Counted from the first letter of the stretch, positions 1 to 9,947 are shown. The stretch is 46,714 nt of DNA from an uncultured bacterium (GCA_964573245.1 CAZNJA010000002.1:1-46714), one strand, 5' to 3'. Program-made: numbers and translations. Notes: generated from the letters alone by a model not told the origin.

Positions 1-1734
1 CGAATCGAAACTTAATTCATAAGCGCCGATATCAGTATAATTAGGATAGCCTGTTCCAGTATTAGGGACATTTTCAATGTCTGTTCGTGTGGTTCCCAGG
101 ATATCTTTTAAGGGCGCGACGCTTCCATAATATCCGCCATTAGCGGCATCAAGGCAGGGACTTTCTATACTAAGTTTTAAGCCGTCGTCTATAGTATAAA
201 ATAAGCCGTCAGCGCCTGCGGGATTAGTTGGATTTAAAAACAGCGGATTTTCGTCAATGTTACCGCCTTCATCTATGCCATAGTTAGAATCCCAACTTAC
301 GCTGCCGCCCGAGCTGTCTATGTCACTGTACCAGAAACGCGGAGACGAACTCACATTAAATATTCCGTCAGTTCCACTACCCCAAAGGATACAATTATTC
401 AATATCGGAGAAGAAGCCCAGCAATTGTATAAGTCGTCACCATACTCTGCGGTATTTCCCCAAAAGACACAGTTGTTTAACGCCACAACACTGACACGAT
501 TGAGTATACCACCGCCATAATAAGCATAATTTCCGACAAAAAGGCAGCTAATCAACACAGGATGATAAGGATAATAAGCTTCATTGATATATATACCTCC
601 GCCATAATCGGCATAGTTTCCGACGAAAATGCAATTAGTCAATTTCGGCGATGAGTTCCCAAATATGTACATACCGCCAAGTTCTCCATAATTATCTCTA
701 ATAATACATTTATTAATTTTGGGGCTGCTATTATTACAAATTATTCCAACTCCATCATTTGCTCCTCTAATTGTAAAGCCGTCCAAAGTATAATCACTAG
801 TACCAGTTACAACATTGAAACTATTGTCACCATAGTTAGTGAAATCCGGACCATCATCACCATTTAAATCTCCGTTTAAGATTGTTGGATTAGTTACTGA
901 ATTGCGGACTTTCCATAGACCACCACCAGAAGGAAACCCGCCATATACTGATACATTCTCTACAAGCTGGAAGGCCATTGTTTTGTCGCCGGTTGTAATG
1001 CCACTACCCTGGTCCGGTTTATAGACCCCAGATGTTACCCGTATCTCATCACCTGCTAAAATTTCGGGATTATTAATAGCATCCTGTAAATATTTAAAAG
1101 CAGAATCCCATGATACACCATCTCCTCCTGTGCCAATACTTGAATCAACATAGTAAATCTTTTTAGGAATAAGCGGATTAGTTCCATTCTCATATTCTTG
1201 AAGATTCGTGAAACCATCATTGTCAGGGTCTTCACTTGCGTCATCGGGATCAAAACGGTCTAATCCGTATTGAATTTCCCACCAGTCGGGCATACCATCA
1301 CAATCAGAATCACCCCAGCAAGGGGGGTCATCGTCCATATCTGTATCTATGTCAGTGTCTGCATCAGTATCTGTGTCGGCATCAGTATCAGTATCAGTGT
1401 CAGTATCGGTATCAGTGTCTGTATCCGTATCTGTATCAGCTGGGGGAGGAGGAGGCGGTGGGTCATCATCACTGTCGCTGTCAGCATCTGAATCCGCATC
1501 GGCGTCACTGTCGCTATCATCGTCACCAGGCGGTGGAGGAGGACATGCTTCTGTTATATCTGTAGAAAAAGAAGTCAAAACTTGTTGGATAATATTTTTA
1601 ATACCGCTGTTATCTTTAACCCTGAAATTAATTAATGACGAGCGAAAACTTAAAAAAGGCAGTAATACAAAGAAAATTAAGAAAACTACAAAAACAATTT
1701 GCAGCCCTTTGGTTATATTTCTATTTGTTACCAT
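1..1734 (-). CDS. Surface/secreted right-handed beta-helix repeat protein, N-terminal 578 codons only (runs off window start). It has a membrane anchor or signal, a poly-Pro plus acidic (DS/DT)n linker, and TSP3-like Ca-binding motifs.
   Basis: Absent from the ORF track because it has no stop in the window. My translation from ATG 1734..1732: MVTNRNITKGLQIVFVVFLIFFVLLPFLSF...PPPPPGDDDSDSDADADSD...PPPPPPADTDTDTDTDTDTD...DSDCDGMPDWWEIQYGLDRFDPDDASEDPDNDGFTNLQEYENGTNP. This is followed by repeated turns such as NKCIIRDNYGELGGMYIF / TNCIFVGNYADYGGGIYI / ISCLFVGNYAYYGGGIL / NNCVFWGNTAEYG / NNCILWGS, typical of the pectate-lyase-fold beta-helix. The frame stays open to position 1. Confidence 0.75.
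   Translation of the reverse strand, partial: MVTNRNITKGLQIVFVVFLIFFVLLPFLSFRSSLINFRVKDNSGIKNIIQQVLTSFSTDITEACPPPPPGDDDSDSDADADSDADSDSDDDPPPPPPPADTDTDTDTDTDTDTDTDTDADTDTDADTDIDTDMDDDPPCWGDSDCDGMPDWWEIQYGLDRFDPDDASEDPDNDGFTNLQEYENGTNPLIPKKIYYVDSSIGTGGDGVSWDSAFKYLQDAINNPEILAGDEIRVTSGVYKPDQGSGITTGDKTMAFQLVENVSVYGGFPSGGGLWKVRNSVTNPTILNGDLNGDDGPDFTNYGDNSFNVVTGTSDYTLDGFTIRGANDGVGIICNNSSPKINKCIIRDNYGELGGMYIFGNSSPKLTNCIFVGNYADYGGGIYINEAYYPYHPVLISCLFVGNYAYYGGGILNRVSVVALNNCVFWGNTAEYGDDLYNCWASSPILNNCILWGSGTDGIFNVSSSPRFWYSDIDSSGGSVSWDSNYGIDEGGNIDENPLFLNPTNPAGADGLFYTIDDGLKLSIESPCLDAANGGYYGSVAPLKDILGTTRTDIENVPNTGTGYPNYTDIGAYELSFDS
1333..1527 (-). repeat. In-frame hexanucleotide (GAYACN / GAYAGY) low-complexity tract encoding (DT)n and (DS/DA)n, separated by a poly-Pro block
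   Basis: The plus strand reads gtatctgtatctatgtcagtgtctgcatcagtatctgtgtcggcatcagtatcagtatcagtgtcagtatcggtatcag... The antisense artefact ORF 1349..1810 (SVSASVSV...) is its mirror image. Confidence 0.9.
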
Positions 1735-1735
1735 T

Positions 1736-4155
1736 TTACTCCAAATTCAGATTACTCAGCCCGCGCATAGCACGCACAATCGATTTATTATCCACATTTC
1801 TTTTTTCTAGGACAGCGATTAAAGCCTGCTCTATTTGGGGGTTCGCTTCTGATACTGTAACAGTCCCAGATTTTACCAATTTCTTATAGGAACTGGCTGT
1901 TAGTAATTGTACATAATGAGTGTATGAATAATCAGGCCAGTTATTAACTACTTTTTGACAGTTTTGCAAAGCATTCGCATAATTACCTAATTGATAATCA
2001 CAGTAAGCCACATAAAGAAGCCCCTCTGATACAACTGAAGAGGGGATGTGTTCTGGCGAGTTAACTATCTTTTCATCAACAATGCTTTTTATAATTTGAA
2101 ACATTTCTTTAGCTTTTTCATTATCACTTTGTGAATCTGCTGTTTTATAAAGCTCCAATTGGGCAAATCAGGATGTCCTGCAAAATTTTTAAGGAAATTA
2201 TCAATATCCATTTTTACTTGATAATCATATTCTCCTAATTTTACAAGAGATAACATCATTTCCGACATTGTCAAACCTAGATTTGCCTTTGAGGCATAGG
2301 AGCTTTCGCAATAATTCTGTATTATTTGCTGATAGATATTTTTTGATTCTTCGTATTTGTTTAACCATCCGTATATTTGTGCGATGTTATATAGCGCTTC
2401 CGGTAAATCAGGATTGATAGAAAATCCATCAATAAGTTCATTAATAGCTATCTTGGCTTGGCTATAGTTTTCAGACACCATAAGAGATAAAATATTCATC
2501 CTTAAGGAACTTACTTTTGCTTTGTTAGCGAATGAACTATTAGGATAGTTCTCAAATATTTGCTGATAGACAATTTTTGCTTCGTCAAAGTTATCCGACC
2601 ATTCATATCTTCTTGCCACATTATAAAGTGTTTCCAGAAAATCAGGGTTTTCCGAAAAATTTACTGTCATCTCTCCAATCGCCGTTCTTGCTTCATCCCA
2701 TTGTCCCGTTATAATTAAGTAGCAGATATCATTCCTTGAAACACCAAACAACGCTGGCTGAAACTTATCACTATCAGAATACTTTTGTACTATCTTTTGA
2801 TAAACGCAACTTGCATCTTCATATCTATTTGCCCATTCATACCTTCTTGCAACTTCATAAAGAGTCTCTGTTAAATCAATGTTTCCAGAGAAATTGCTGA
2901 CAAGTTCATCAACAGCTTTTCTGCTTTCGGTGTACTTATGCGACAAGATAAGAGAAAGAACGTTAGTACTTGAAACACCCAATAATGATTTCTGGGCATA
3001 TGAACTATTAGGGTAATACTGTATCACTTGCTGATAAAACTTATTCGCATCTTCATATTTACGCGCCCAGCTGTATCTCTCCGCAATCCAGTAAAGAGTC
3101 GCTGGGAAATCAGGGTGTTCATAGAAAGTTGACGTTAATTCAGCAATAGCTTGTTTCGCTTGTTCATATTCTCCAGATACAATAAGAGAGAGAATATTTG
3201 TTTTATAAAAATCTAATTCTGATTTAATTGCATAGGAGCTTTCGGGGTAATTCTGAATTATCTGTTGAAATATATCTCTGGCTAGCTCATATTCATCTGA
3301 CCATCCATACCTTTGACCAATCCAGTAAAGTGTATCAGGTAAATCGGGATGTTCATGGAAATCAGATGTTATTTTGTTTATCTCTGCCTGAGCTGCTTCT
3401 ATCTGTCCAGATATGATAAAAGAATATATATCCATTCTTGAGATACCTAACTGCGCTCTTTCAGCCTCTTTACTCTGGGGATACTGCTGAACTATTTGCT
3501 GAAAGATGTTCTTTGCTTCATCAAACTTATCCGACCATTCATATCTTCGCCCAATCCAGTAAAGAGTATCAGGCAAGTCAGGGTGTCCATTGAAATCTGA
3601 AGTTAATTCAGTAATAGCTTGTTCGACCTGTTCGTATTCTCTGGAGAGAATAAGAGAGTGAATGCTTGCTCTGAAAAAACCTAACTCTGCATTGCTTACA
3701 TCTATATTCATATTGCCGAAATTATTTTGCATTATTTGCTGGTACGAGTTTTTTGCATCTTCAAACCTATCTAACCATTCATAGCTACGTACGATATTGC
3801 AAAGTGTCTCTATTAATTCGGGGTGTTTTGAGAAATTACTGATTAGTGCATCCCTAACCTCTTCCGAGGCCTGGATATTATTCAATTCAATGTATAATGA
3901 TGCCAAATTTCCATAAGCCCTCAATGCATAATCAGTGCTTGAATATTCTTTAATAATAGTTTGATAGACTTGTTCAGCTTCGACATATTGGTGATTTTCA
4001 CGATAGTCTTTTGCCTTCTGTTCAAGAGCATCAGCTTGCTTGTTTGTTATTATCTGCGCAGAAGTATTTAAAACCCAGAAGATGATACCTAAAAATGCGA
4101 TAACACCAAGAATTTTGATGCCTACTTTACCAACCTGCCAAATTAGCTTAACCAT
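1736..4155 (-). pseudogene. Membrane-anchored TPR-like repeat protein of about 806 aa, split by a 1-nt frameshift near 2158-2167 (true pseudogene or assembly error)
   Basis: ORFs 2089..4155 and 1736..2158 overlap in different frames. The 78-aa repeat (F..HPDLPDTLYWIG.RYEWSD.FDEAKNIFQQI.Q.YP.S...) continues across the junction. Frame A reads ...FAGHPDLPNWSF and frame B reads LELYKTADSQSDNEKAKEMFQIIKS. Frame B has a TGA at 2170..2168, so the frame switch must lie within 2158-2167. Confidence 0.7.
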
Positions 4156-4280
4156 GGTTTTAACTCCTTGGTTAATTTTTTGATTGTATTGTTGGACTGA
4201 AGAGAAAAACTAACAGAGATTTTTTGATAGTCTAGCATTTTGCTAATAGGTTTTAGCTCTATACTTAAACTTAGCGTTTC

Positions 4281-4309
4281 TTTATATACAGTTGCCAAAG
4301 ATTTGTCAA
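4281..4309 (-). promoter_or_regulatory. Candidate sigma70-type promoter for the TPR/beta-helix operon
   Basis: On the minus strand: TTGACA (4309..4304), 17 nt spacer, TATAAA (4286..4281). It sits about 125 nt upstream of the TPR start, which has an AAGGAG RBS. Confidence 0.3.
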
Positions 4310-4410
4310 GTGTGGGTCTAGAGTTAGTTATATGCTCTTATGTGTTCTGTAGAAATAAAACAAGAAATAGTAATTAACGTGATTACACCTTCAGACAGAT
4401 TAACTATAAT

Positions 4411-5943
4411 TTACACCTCAAGGGCTCTATCTAAGACCCTATATTGGATAGCTTCGGCTATGTGAGGGGATTTGATGTGTTCCTCGCCTTCTAAATCGGC
4501 TATTGTGCGGGCAACCTTTAGGATTTTGTGATACGCGCGGGCGCTTAACCCCAATTTTGTCATTGCTTGTTTTAATAGGTTCTCGCCGTCTTCGTCTATT
4601 TTACAGTATGTATTGATATCTTTGTTGCTCATGAAAGCATTGCTAAAATATTTTTTATTCTTAAACCGCTCGAACTGAACTTTTCTTGCTTTGTTGATTC
4701 TTTCCCTTATATTTTGGGATTGTTCGGTTTGGCTATTATCCGAAACTTCCGCAAATTTTACCGGCGGCACTTCTATGTGAATGTCTATTCTGTCCAGTAA
4801 AGGTCCGGAAATTTTGGAGCGGTATTTCTGAATTTGGTGCGGTGTGCAAACGCATTGTTTTTCGGGATGGGTAAAATATCCGCAGGGGCACGGGTTCATC
4901 GCACCAACAAGCGTAAACCGGGATGGGTAACTTAAAGAACCGCTTGCTCTTGATATGTTAACTTCACCGTCTTCTAGCGGCTGGCGAAGAGCTTCCAACA
5001 CATTTCTATTGAACTCGGGAAGCTCATCTAAAAAGAGAACTCCGTTATGCGCCAAACTGATTTCTCCCGGATGCGGATATTGCCCGCCGCCGACTAATGC
5101 CACATCGGATGTCGTATGATGCGGTGAACGGAAAGGCCTTATCGCTATCAAAGGCTTATTCGAGGGCATCAATCCCGCAACGGAATGGATTTTGGTCGTT
5201 TCGATTGCTTCTTCGAGCGTAATGTCCGGCATAATAGTGGGAAGCCGTCTTGCAAGCATTGTTTTCCCGGCACCGGGAGGCCCAATCATAATTACATTAT
5301 GCCCGCCGGCAATTGCCACTTCCAACGCTCTTTTTATGTGTTCCTGTCCTTTTACTTCGGAAAAATCTACGGGATATGAATGTATTTTACTAAAAATTTC
5401 TTCGAGGTTTATTTCAACAGGTTGGAGTTCTTCCTCGTCGTTTAAAAATCTCACGCATTGAATTAAATTCCTTACAGGATATACTTTTAAATCTTCGATT
5501 ATTCCCGCTTCAAGCCTGTTCTCATATGGAACAATAAGAGAAAAACCTTTTTCTTTTGAAAATAAAGATATTGGCAAAATGCCTTTTGCATTTCTTAACG
5601 CGCCCTCCAAAGCCAGTTCCCCGACAAAAACAAAAGAGGAAATCTTGTCTTTATTTTTGAGCTGTCCTGTGGCTGAAAGAACACCAAGCGCTATGGGAAG
5701 GTCAAACCCTGCACCTTCTTTTTTTACATCCGCAGGGGCTAAGTTTATTGTTATTCTGCGGTTCGGGAAATCAAACCCGGAGTTTTTTATTGCAGATTTA
5801 ACTCTGTCCTTTGATTCTTTTACAGCCGCATCCGGAAGGCCTACTATATTTATTGCCGGAAGCCCTCTTCCAACGTCAACTTCTATTTCGACCGGTTTTG
5901 CGGCTATCCCTACAACAACCGAAGAATATATTTTAGAAAGCAT
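4411..5943 (-). CDS. comM: YifB/ComM family Mg-chelatase-like AAA+ ATPase
   Basis: 510 aa. The N-terminus [27 protein letters not shown]...IVGLPD..VKES..RV is characteristic of the family. Walker [16 protein letters not shown]; C-terminal ChlI-like domain. Confidence 0.9.
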   Translation of the reverse strand: MLSKIYSSVVVGIAAKPVEIEVDVGRGLPAINIVGLPDAAVKESKDRVKSAIKNSGFDFPNRRITINLAPADVKKEGAGFDLPIALGVLSATGQLKNKDKISSFVFVGELALEGALRNAKGILPISLFSKEKGFSLIVPYENRLEAGIIEDLKVYPVRNLIQCVRFLNDEEELQPVEINLEEIFSKIHSYPVDFSEVKGQEHIKRALEVAIAGGHNVIMIGPPGAGKTMLARRLPTIMPDITLEEAIETTKIHSVAGLMPSNKPLIAIRPFRSPHHTTSDVALVGGGQYPHPGEISLAHNGVLFLDELPEFNRNVLEALRQPLEDGEVNISRASGSLSYPSRFTLVGAMNPCPCGYFTHPEKQCVCTPHQIQKYRSKISGPLLDRIDIHIEVPPVKFAEVSDNSQTEQSQNIRERINKARKVQFERFKNKKYFSNAFMSNKDINTYCKIDEDGENLLKQAMTKLGLSARAYHKILKVARTIADLEGEEHIKSPHIAEAIQYRVLDRALEV

Positions 5944-6045
5944 ATTTTAATAAACGATTTCAGGGATTAAAAAACAGATTCCAACGATTAATAATCTTTA
6001 TATAATTCACAGCTATACCTAATAATAACTCATATTTATCCAAAC

Positions 6046-6077
6046 CCCGTTACCTGCCTCGCCGGCAAGGCGGGGAA
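6046..6077 (-). terminator. GC-rich hairpin directly downstream of the isomerase gene (possible terminator; related to the GC-clamp hairpin class)
   Basis: Plus strand: CCCCG-TTA-CCTGCC-TCGCC-GGCAAGG-CGGGG. On the transcribed minus strand it is followed by TTTGG, a weak U-tract. Confidence 0.35.
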
Positions 6078-6088
6078 ATTAAATTTCT

Positions 6089-7573
6089 TTACGGGGTAAA
6101 CGGATTTTCTTTGGGATATGGGATTTCTTTTGGTTGGTTGTAATAAATATCGTTAGCGCCGAGCATTTTTAAAGCCGCGAAAAGTGCCTTGCCCGCATGT
6201 TTGAACGCAACGCCTGTGTGGTGCGGGAATTTCTGCTGGATTAAAACATGTCGGTAGAAACGCCCCATTTCTTTAACCGCAATTACTCCTATACTGCCGA
6301 AAGATTTGGGGTCTATATCAAGAATCTCGCCTTCTGCCATATATGATTTAAGAATAGTATCTGCAGTGCTCTGGAGCCTGAAAAGTGTTATATCGCCCGG
6401 CCTAATCCTGCCTTCCAAAGTGCCGCGGGTAATATTCGGTTCCTTGCCGCCTTCCATTAAACGATGCATTATAAGCTGATATTTCATGCTTATATTTTTC
6501 ATGCAGGAGGAAGCCGTATTACCGCAATGAAAACCCATAAACAAATCACTTAGTTTATAATTTTTGACTTTTTTCTTGGACTGCTTGTACATATCGGCAG
6601 GAACAGTGTTATTTATATCCAGTATTGTGGCAGGAAGTTCTGTTGCGCAGGTTATCATGTATTCGCTTAAAGCGCCGTAAATATCCACCTCGCACGATAT
6701 AGGAATTCCTTTACCTGCCATACGTGAATTTACATAGCAGGGAACAAAGCCAAAGTATTTTTCAAAAGAGGGCCAGCATTTGTTTGCAAAAACAGCAAAT
6801 TTACTGGCGCCGAGATTTTCTTCCATGAATGCTGTTAAAGCAACTTCGTATTGGGCTAATTTTTCAAGAAGTTCCGGATATGCATTGCCTTTGCCTAACT
6901 CCTTTACCATCTCTTTAGCTACCTTTTTTATCTTGGGATTACCTTTTGCAGAAAGGTAAATATCGTAAAGGTCAAGCTCGCTGTTTTCCATTATCTCCAC
7001 ACCCAAATCGTACAAAGGTTTTATAGGCGCGTTACACGCAAGGAAGTCCTGGGGACGCGGCCCGAACGAGAAAATCTTTAAGTTCTTTATACCGAGAATA
7101 ATTTTTGCCACGGGAATAAAATCTTTTATTTTCTCGGCTACCTCTTCAGCAGTGCCAACGGGATATTCGGGTATATGTGGTTTTAGCTTTCTCAAACCCA
7201 AGTTATAAGACGCATTGAGCATGCCGCAATATGCGTCTCCTCTGCCGTTTATAAGGTTTTTACCCGTTTCTTCGGACGCTGCAACAACCATGGCAGGCCC
7301 ATTAAATTTTTCTACCAGCATAGTTGCAGGGCCTTCTGGGCCGAAATTGCCAAGATATACTACAAGCGTATTTACTTTCTTCTTATTAATTTCTTCAAGC
7401 GCAAGAATAACATCCTTCTCGTTTTCTACTATTGTTTTAATTTTTACAACCGGAACTTTTTTGCTTTTGCACTTTTCTACAAGCTTTACCCTGCGTTTTT
7501 TAGAAAGCTCAATCGGGAAACAATCTCTGCTAACAGCAATAACGCCTATTTTAATCTCGGGAATATTTTTCAT
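6089..7573 (-). CDS. L-fucose/L-arabinose isomerase family protein (FucI-like fold); candidate L-arabinose isomerase by gene context
   Basis: 494 aa. Motifs include ...ISCEVDIYGALSEY... and ...MGFHCGNTAS..., as seen in FucI-like sugar isomerases. AGGAG-type RBS. It lies immediately downstream of araB-araD. Confidence 0.65.
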   Translation of the reverse strand: MKNIPEIKIGVIAVSRDCFPIELSKKRRVKLVEKCKSKKVPVVKIKTIVENEKDVILALEEINKKKVNTLVVYLGNFGPEGPATMLVEKFNGPAMVVAASEETGKNLINGRGDAYCGMLNASYNLGLRKLKPHIPEYPVGTAEEVAEKIKDFIPVAKIILGIKNLKIFSFGPRPQDFLACNAPIKPLYDLGVEIMENSELDLYDIYLSAKGNPKIKKVAKEMVKELGKGNAYPELLEKLAQYEVALTAFMEENLGASKFAVFANKCWPSFEKYFGFVPCYVNSRMAGKGIPISCEVDIYGALSEYMITCATELPATILDINNTVPADMYKQSKKKVKNYKLSDLFMGFHCGNTASSCMKNISMKYQLIMHRLMEGGKEPNITRGTLEGRIRPGDITLFRLQSTADTILKSYMAEGEILDIDPKSFGSIGVIAVKEMGRFYRHVLIQQKFPHHTGVAFKHAGKALFAALKMLGANDIYYNQPKEIPYPKENPFTP

Positions 7574-7596
7574 AAGATATTCTCCTTTTTAGAAAT

Positions 7597-8292
7597 CTAT
7601 TTCTGCCCGTAATAAGAACCCTTGCCGTGTTTACGGTTATAGTGTTTTTGTATAAGGGCTTTCTTTATGGGAGTTATTTGCGGATTTATTTTTAATGTCA
7701 AAAATACCGACTTCGCCAAGTCTTCAAGCATAACACTGTTATAAACCGCCTCTTCAGCAGTAGCGCCCCATGTGAAAGGGCCATGACAGGCAACCAATGT
7801 CATCTTTACATCTTCGTAGGATATGTTTTTAAAAACTTCTAAAATCTGGCTTCCTGTTGCTTTTTCATAGTCGCCTTTTATTTGCTCATCGCTCATAACT
7901 TTTGTGCAGGGAACTTCCTGCGGCAATAAGTCCGCATGGGTTGTGCCCAATATCGGAATCGGTTTGACTGCCTGAGCCCACGCAGTAGCGTAAGTGGAAT
8001 GAGTGTGCGCAACACCGCCTATTCCGGAAAAATTTTTGTAAAGGATTGCGTGTGTTTTTGTGTCCGAGGACGGCTTCAATTTGCCTTCAACAACGTTATT
8101 TTCAAAATCAACAACCACCATATCACCGGCTTTTAGTTTGCCATAAGAAACACCGCTGGGTTTAATAGCAAACACACCTTTTGAGTTATCCGAAGCGCTT
8201 ACATTTCCGAATGTGTAAATAACGAGTTTATGCTTAACAAGCTTCAGATTTGCTTCGTACGCTTTATCTTTTAATTCTTTATAAGGATTCAT
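7597..8292 (-). CDS. araD: L-ribulose-5-phosphate 4-epimerase (class II aldolase/adducin family)
   Basis: 231 aa, collinear with E. coli AraD as I recall it: TFGNVSA...GVF.IKPSGV.Y...MVVV......VEG..KPSSDT.TH..LY..F..IGG..HTHS..AT.WAQA...IP..GTTHAD......PCT..M...........HGPF.WG..AE.AV.N...LE......KHY.RKHG...YYGQ. Confidence 0.93.
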   Translation of the reverse strand: MNPYKELKDKAYEANLKLVKHKLVIYTFGNVSASDNSKGVFAIKPSGVSYGKLKAGDMVVVDFENNVVEGKLKPSSDTKTHAILYKNFSGIGGVAHTHSTYATAWAQAVKPIPILGTTHADLLPQEVPCTKVMSDEQIKGDYEKATGSQILEVFKNISYEDVKMTLVACHGPFTWGATAEEAVYNSVMLEDLAKSVFLTLKINPQITPIKKALIQKHYNRKHGKGSYYGQK

Positions 8293-9947
8293 TTTTTAAC
8301 CTTATCCGTAAAATCTTTTTCAATAAATTCAGCAAGTTTTGAATATTTATTATACAACTTTTTGTAATATTGATGGTTCTCTTTTTTGGGCTTGTATTCT
8401 TTTTCAAAACCGTTACCCATGTTTTTCTGAGCATCGGGGACTGTTTTATAAACTCCGCTCACTAAGGCAGCGCACATTGCCGCCCCCAAAGCACAAGCTT
8501 CATTAGAACGGGCGATTTTAATATTCACACCCAAAATATCCGACAAAACCTGCATCACAAAAGGTGATTTTTTGGCAACACCGCCGAGTGCAATGATGCC
8601 TTTTATATCAATACCTTCTTCTTCGAACCTGTCAATTATTTTCTTGGCCCCGAACGCCGTTGCTTCTACGAGTGCCCGAAATATATCCACAGTACTACTG
8701 CCGATATTCAAACCCGCAATAACGCCCTTAAGATTTTGGTTTGCATAAGGAGTCCGCCTGCCGTTTATCCAGTCAAGAGCAACAATGCTTAAATCTTTGG
8801 GGGCTTTTTTTGCGGCTGCTTTTGATAACTTCGGGATTATATCTTCCATTATTTTGCCTTTTTTATTGGGAGGTAAACCCTCAAGCGGCCAAGAAATTAT
8901 ATTTTTAAACCAGGCATATACATCACCAAAAGCCGATTGGCCTGCTTCCAATCCAACCATACCGGGAATAACTGAGCCATCTACCTGTCCGCAGATTCCT
9001 TTTATAAGTTTGTCTCTTATATCTTTTTTGGGAGCGACAAGAATATCGCAAGTGGAAGTTCCTATGACTTTACAGAGCACACTCGGTTTAATTTCCGCGC
9101 CGACAGCACCTATGTGCGCATCAAAAGAACCGGCACCGACGCAAACACTCTCGGGTAATCCCAGACACTTAGCCCATTGTTTGGACAAGGTTCCGACTTT
9201 ATAGTCAACTGTATATGTATCTTTATAAAGGTGTTCTTTTAGTCCTTTTAAAAGAGGGTCTATTTTCGTTAAAAACTTCTCTGATGGTAATCCTCCAAAA
9301 GACTCATTCCACATTGCCTTGTGTCCGGCAGCACACCTGCTTCTTCTTAAAAGGCGCACATCATTAACTCCCGTAAGCAGGGCAGGTATCCAATCGCAAT
9401 GTTCAACCCAGGAAAAAGCCGCATCCCTGACTTTTTTATCCTCTCTTAAAATATGTAAAATTTTCGCCCAAAACCATTCCGAAGAATACACTCCGCCGCT
9501 ATATTTAGTGTAATCTTCCCCGCCCCAGGACTTTGCGATTAGATTTATTTTATCCGCCTCAGCTACTGCAGTATGGTCTTTCCAAAGCACAAACATTGCG
9601 TCGGGGTTGTTTTTAAACTCATCCTTAAGCGCAAGGGGTGTTCCTGTTTTATCCACCGGGCAAGGAGTAGAACCTGTAGTATCTACAGAGATACCGACAA
9701 TTTTAGATACTTTACTTGCCGGGATTTTGGAAAGTGTTTCTTTTACGGATTCTTCAAGTGATTCTATGTAGTCGAGAGGATGCTGGCGAAATTGATTCTT
9801 TTGAGTGGAGCAATATTTTCCTTCTTTCCAGCGTTTATAAAAACTAACCGTTCCTGCTAATTCCCTGCCATTCCGGACATCAACAACTATTGTTCTAACA
9901 GAGTCGGTTCCAAAATCTACGCCGATAGTATATTTTTCTGAACTCAT
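8289..9947 (-). CDS. araB: Ribulokinase (FGGY family)
   Basis: Strong collinearity with E. coli AraB as I recall it: IG.DFG.DSVR, NQFR.HP.DYIES, VLWKDHTA..EA, GG.YSSEWFWAKILH, KVIGTSTCDIL, KGICGQVDGSV.PG..GLEAGQSAFGD.YAWF, LDW.NGRRTP.ANQ.LKGVI. The first ATG is at 9947 (MSSEKYTIGVDFG). The ORF track's TTG at 9959 is less likely. It overlaps araD by 4 nt. Confidence 0.93.
   Translation of the reverse strand: MSSEKYTIGVDFGTDSVRTIVVDVRNGRELAGTVSFYKRWKEGKYCSTQKNQFRQHPLDYIESLEESVKETLSKIPASKVSKIVGISVDTTGSTPCPVDKTGTPLALKDEFKNNPDAMFVLWKDHTAVAEADKINLIAKSWGGEDYTKYSGGVYSSEWFWAKILHILREDKKVRDAAFSWVEHCDWIPALLTGVNDVRLLRRSRCAAGHKAMWNESFGGLPSEKFLTKIDPLLKGLKEHLYKDTYTVDYKVGTLSKQWAKCLGLPESVCVGAGSFDAHIGAVGAEIKPSVLCKVIGTSTCDILVAPKKDIRDKLIKGICGQVDGSVIPGMVGLEAGQSAFGDVYAWFKNIISWPLEGLPPNKKGKIMEDIIPKLSKAAAKKAPKDLSIVALDWINGRRTPYANQNLKGVIAGLNIGSSTVDIFRALVEATAFGAKKIIDRFEEEGIDIKGIIALGGVAKKSPFVMQVLSDILGVNIKIARSNEACALGAAMCAALVSGVYKTVPDAQKNMGNGFEKEYKPKKENHQYYKKLYNKYSKLAEFIEKDFTDKVKK

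Noticed and set aside
1349-1810. 153-aa plus-strand ORF beginning MSVSASVSVSASVSVSV...
   Set aside because: It is the antisense reading of the (DT)n/(DS)n hexamer tract of the minus-strand beta-helix protein. It is low-complexity, and the real gene on the other strand has a signal anchor and recognisable domains.
4156-4410. 255-bp spacer searched for a tRNA, small RNA or heptamer array
   Set aside because: There is no T-arm or cloverleaf signature. Only a short, weak TTGGTTA/GATTGTA-like periodic stretch is present near the TPR RBS. I kept only a low-confidence promoter call.
5185-5950. Plus-strand ORFs of 64, 89 and 123 aa opposite comM
   Set aside because: They are antisense to a confidently identified AAA+ gene, and none has an RBS or recognisable motif.
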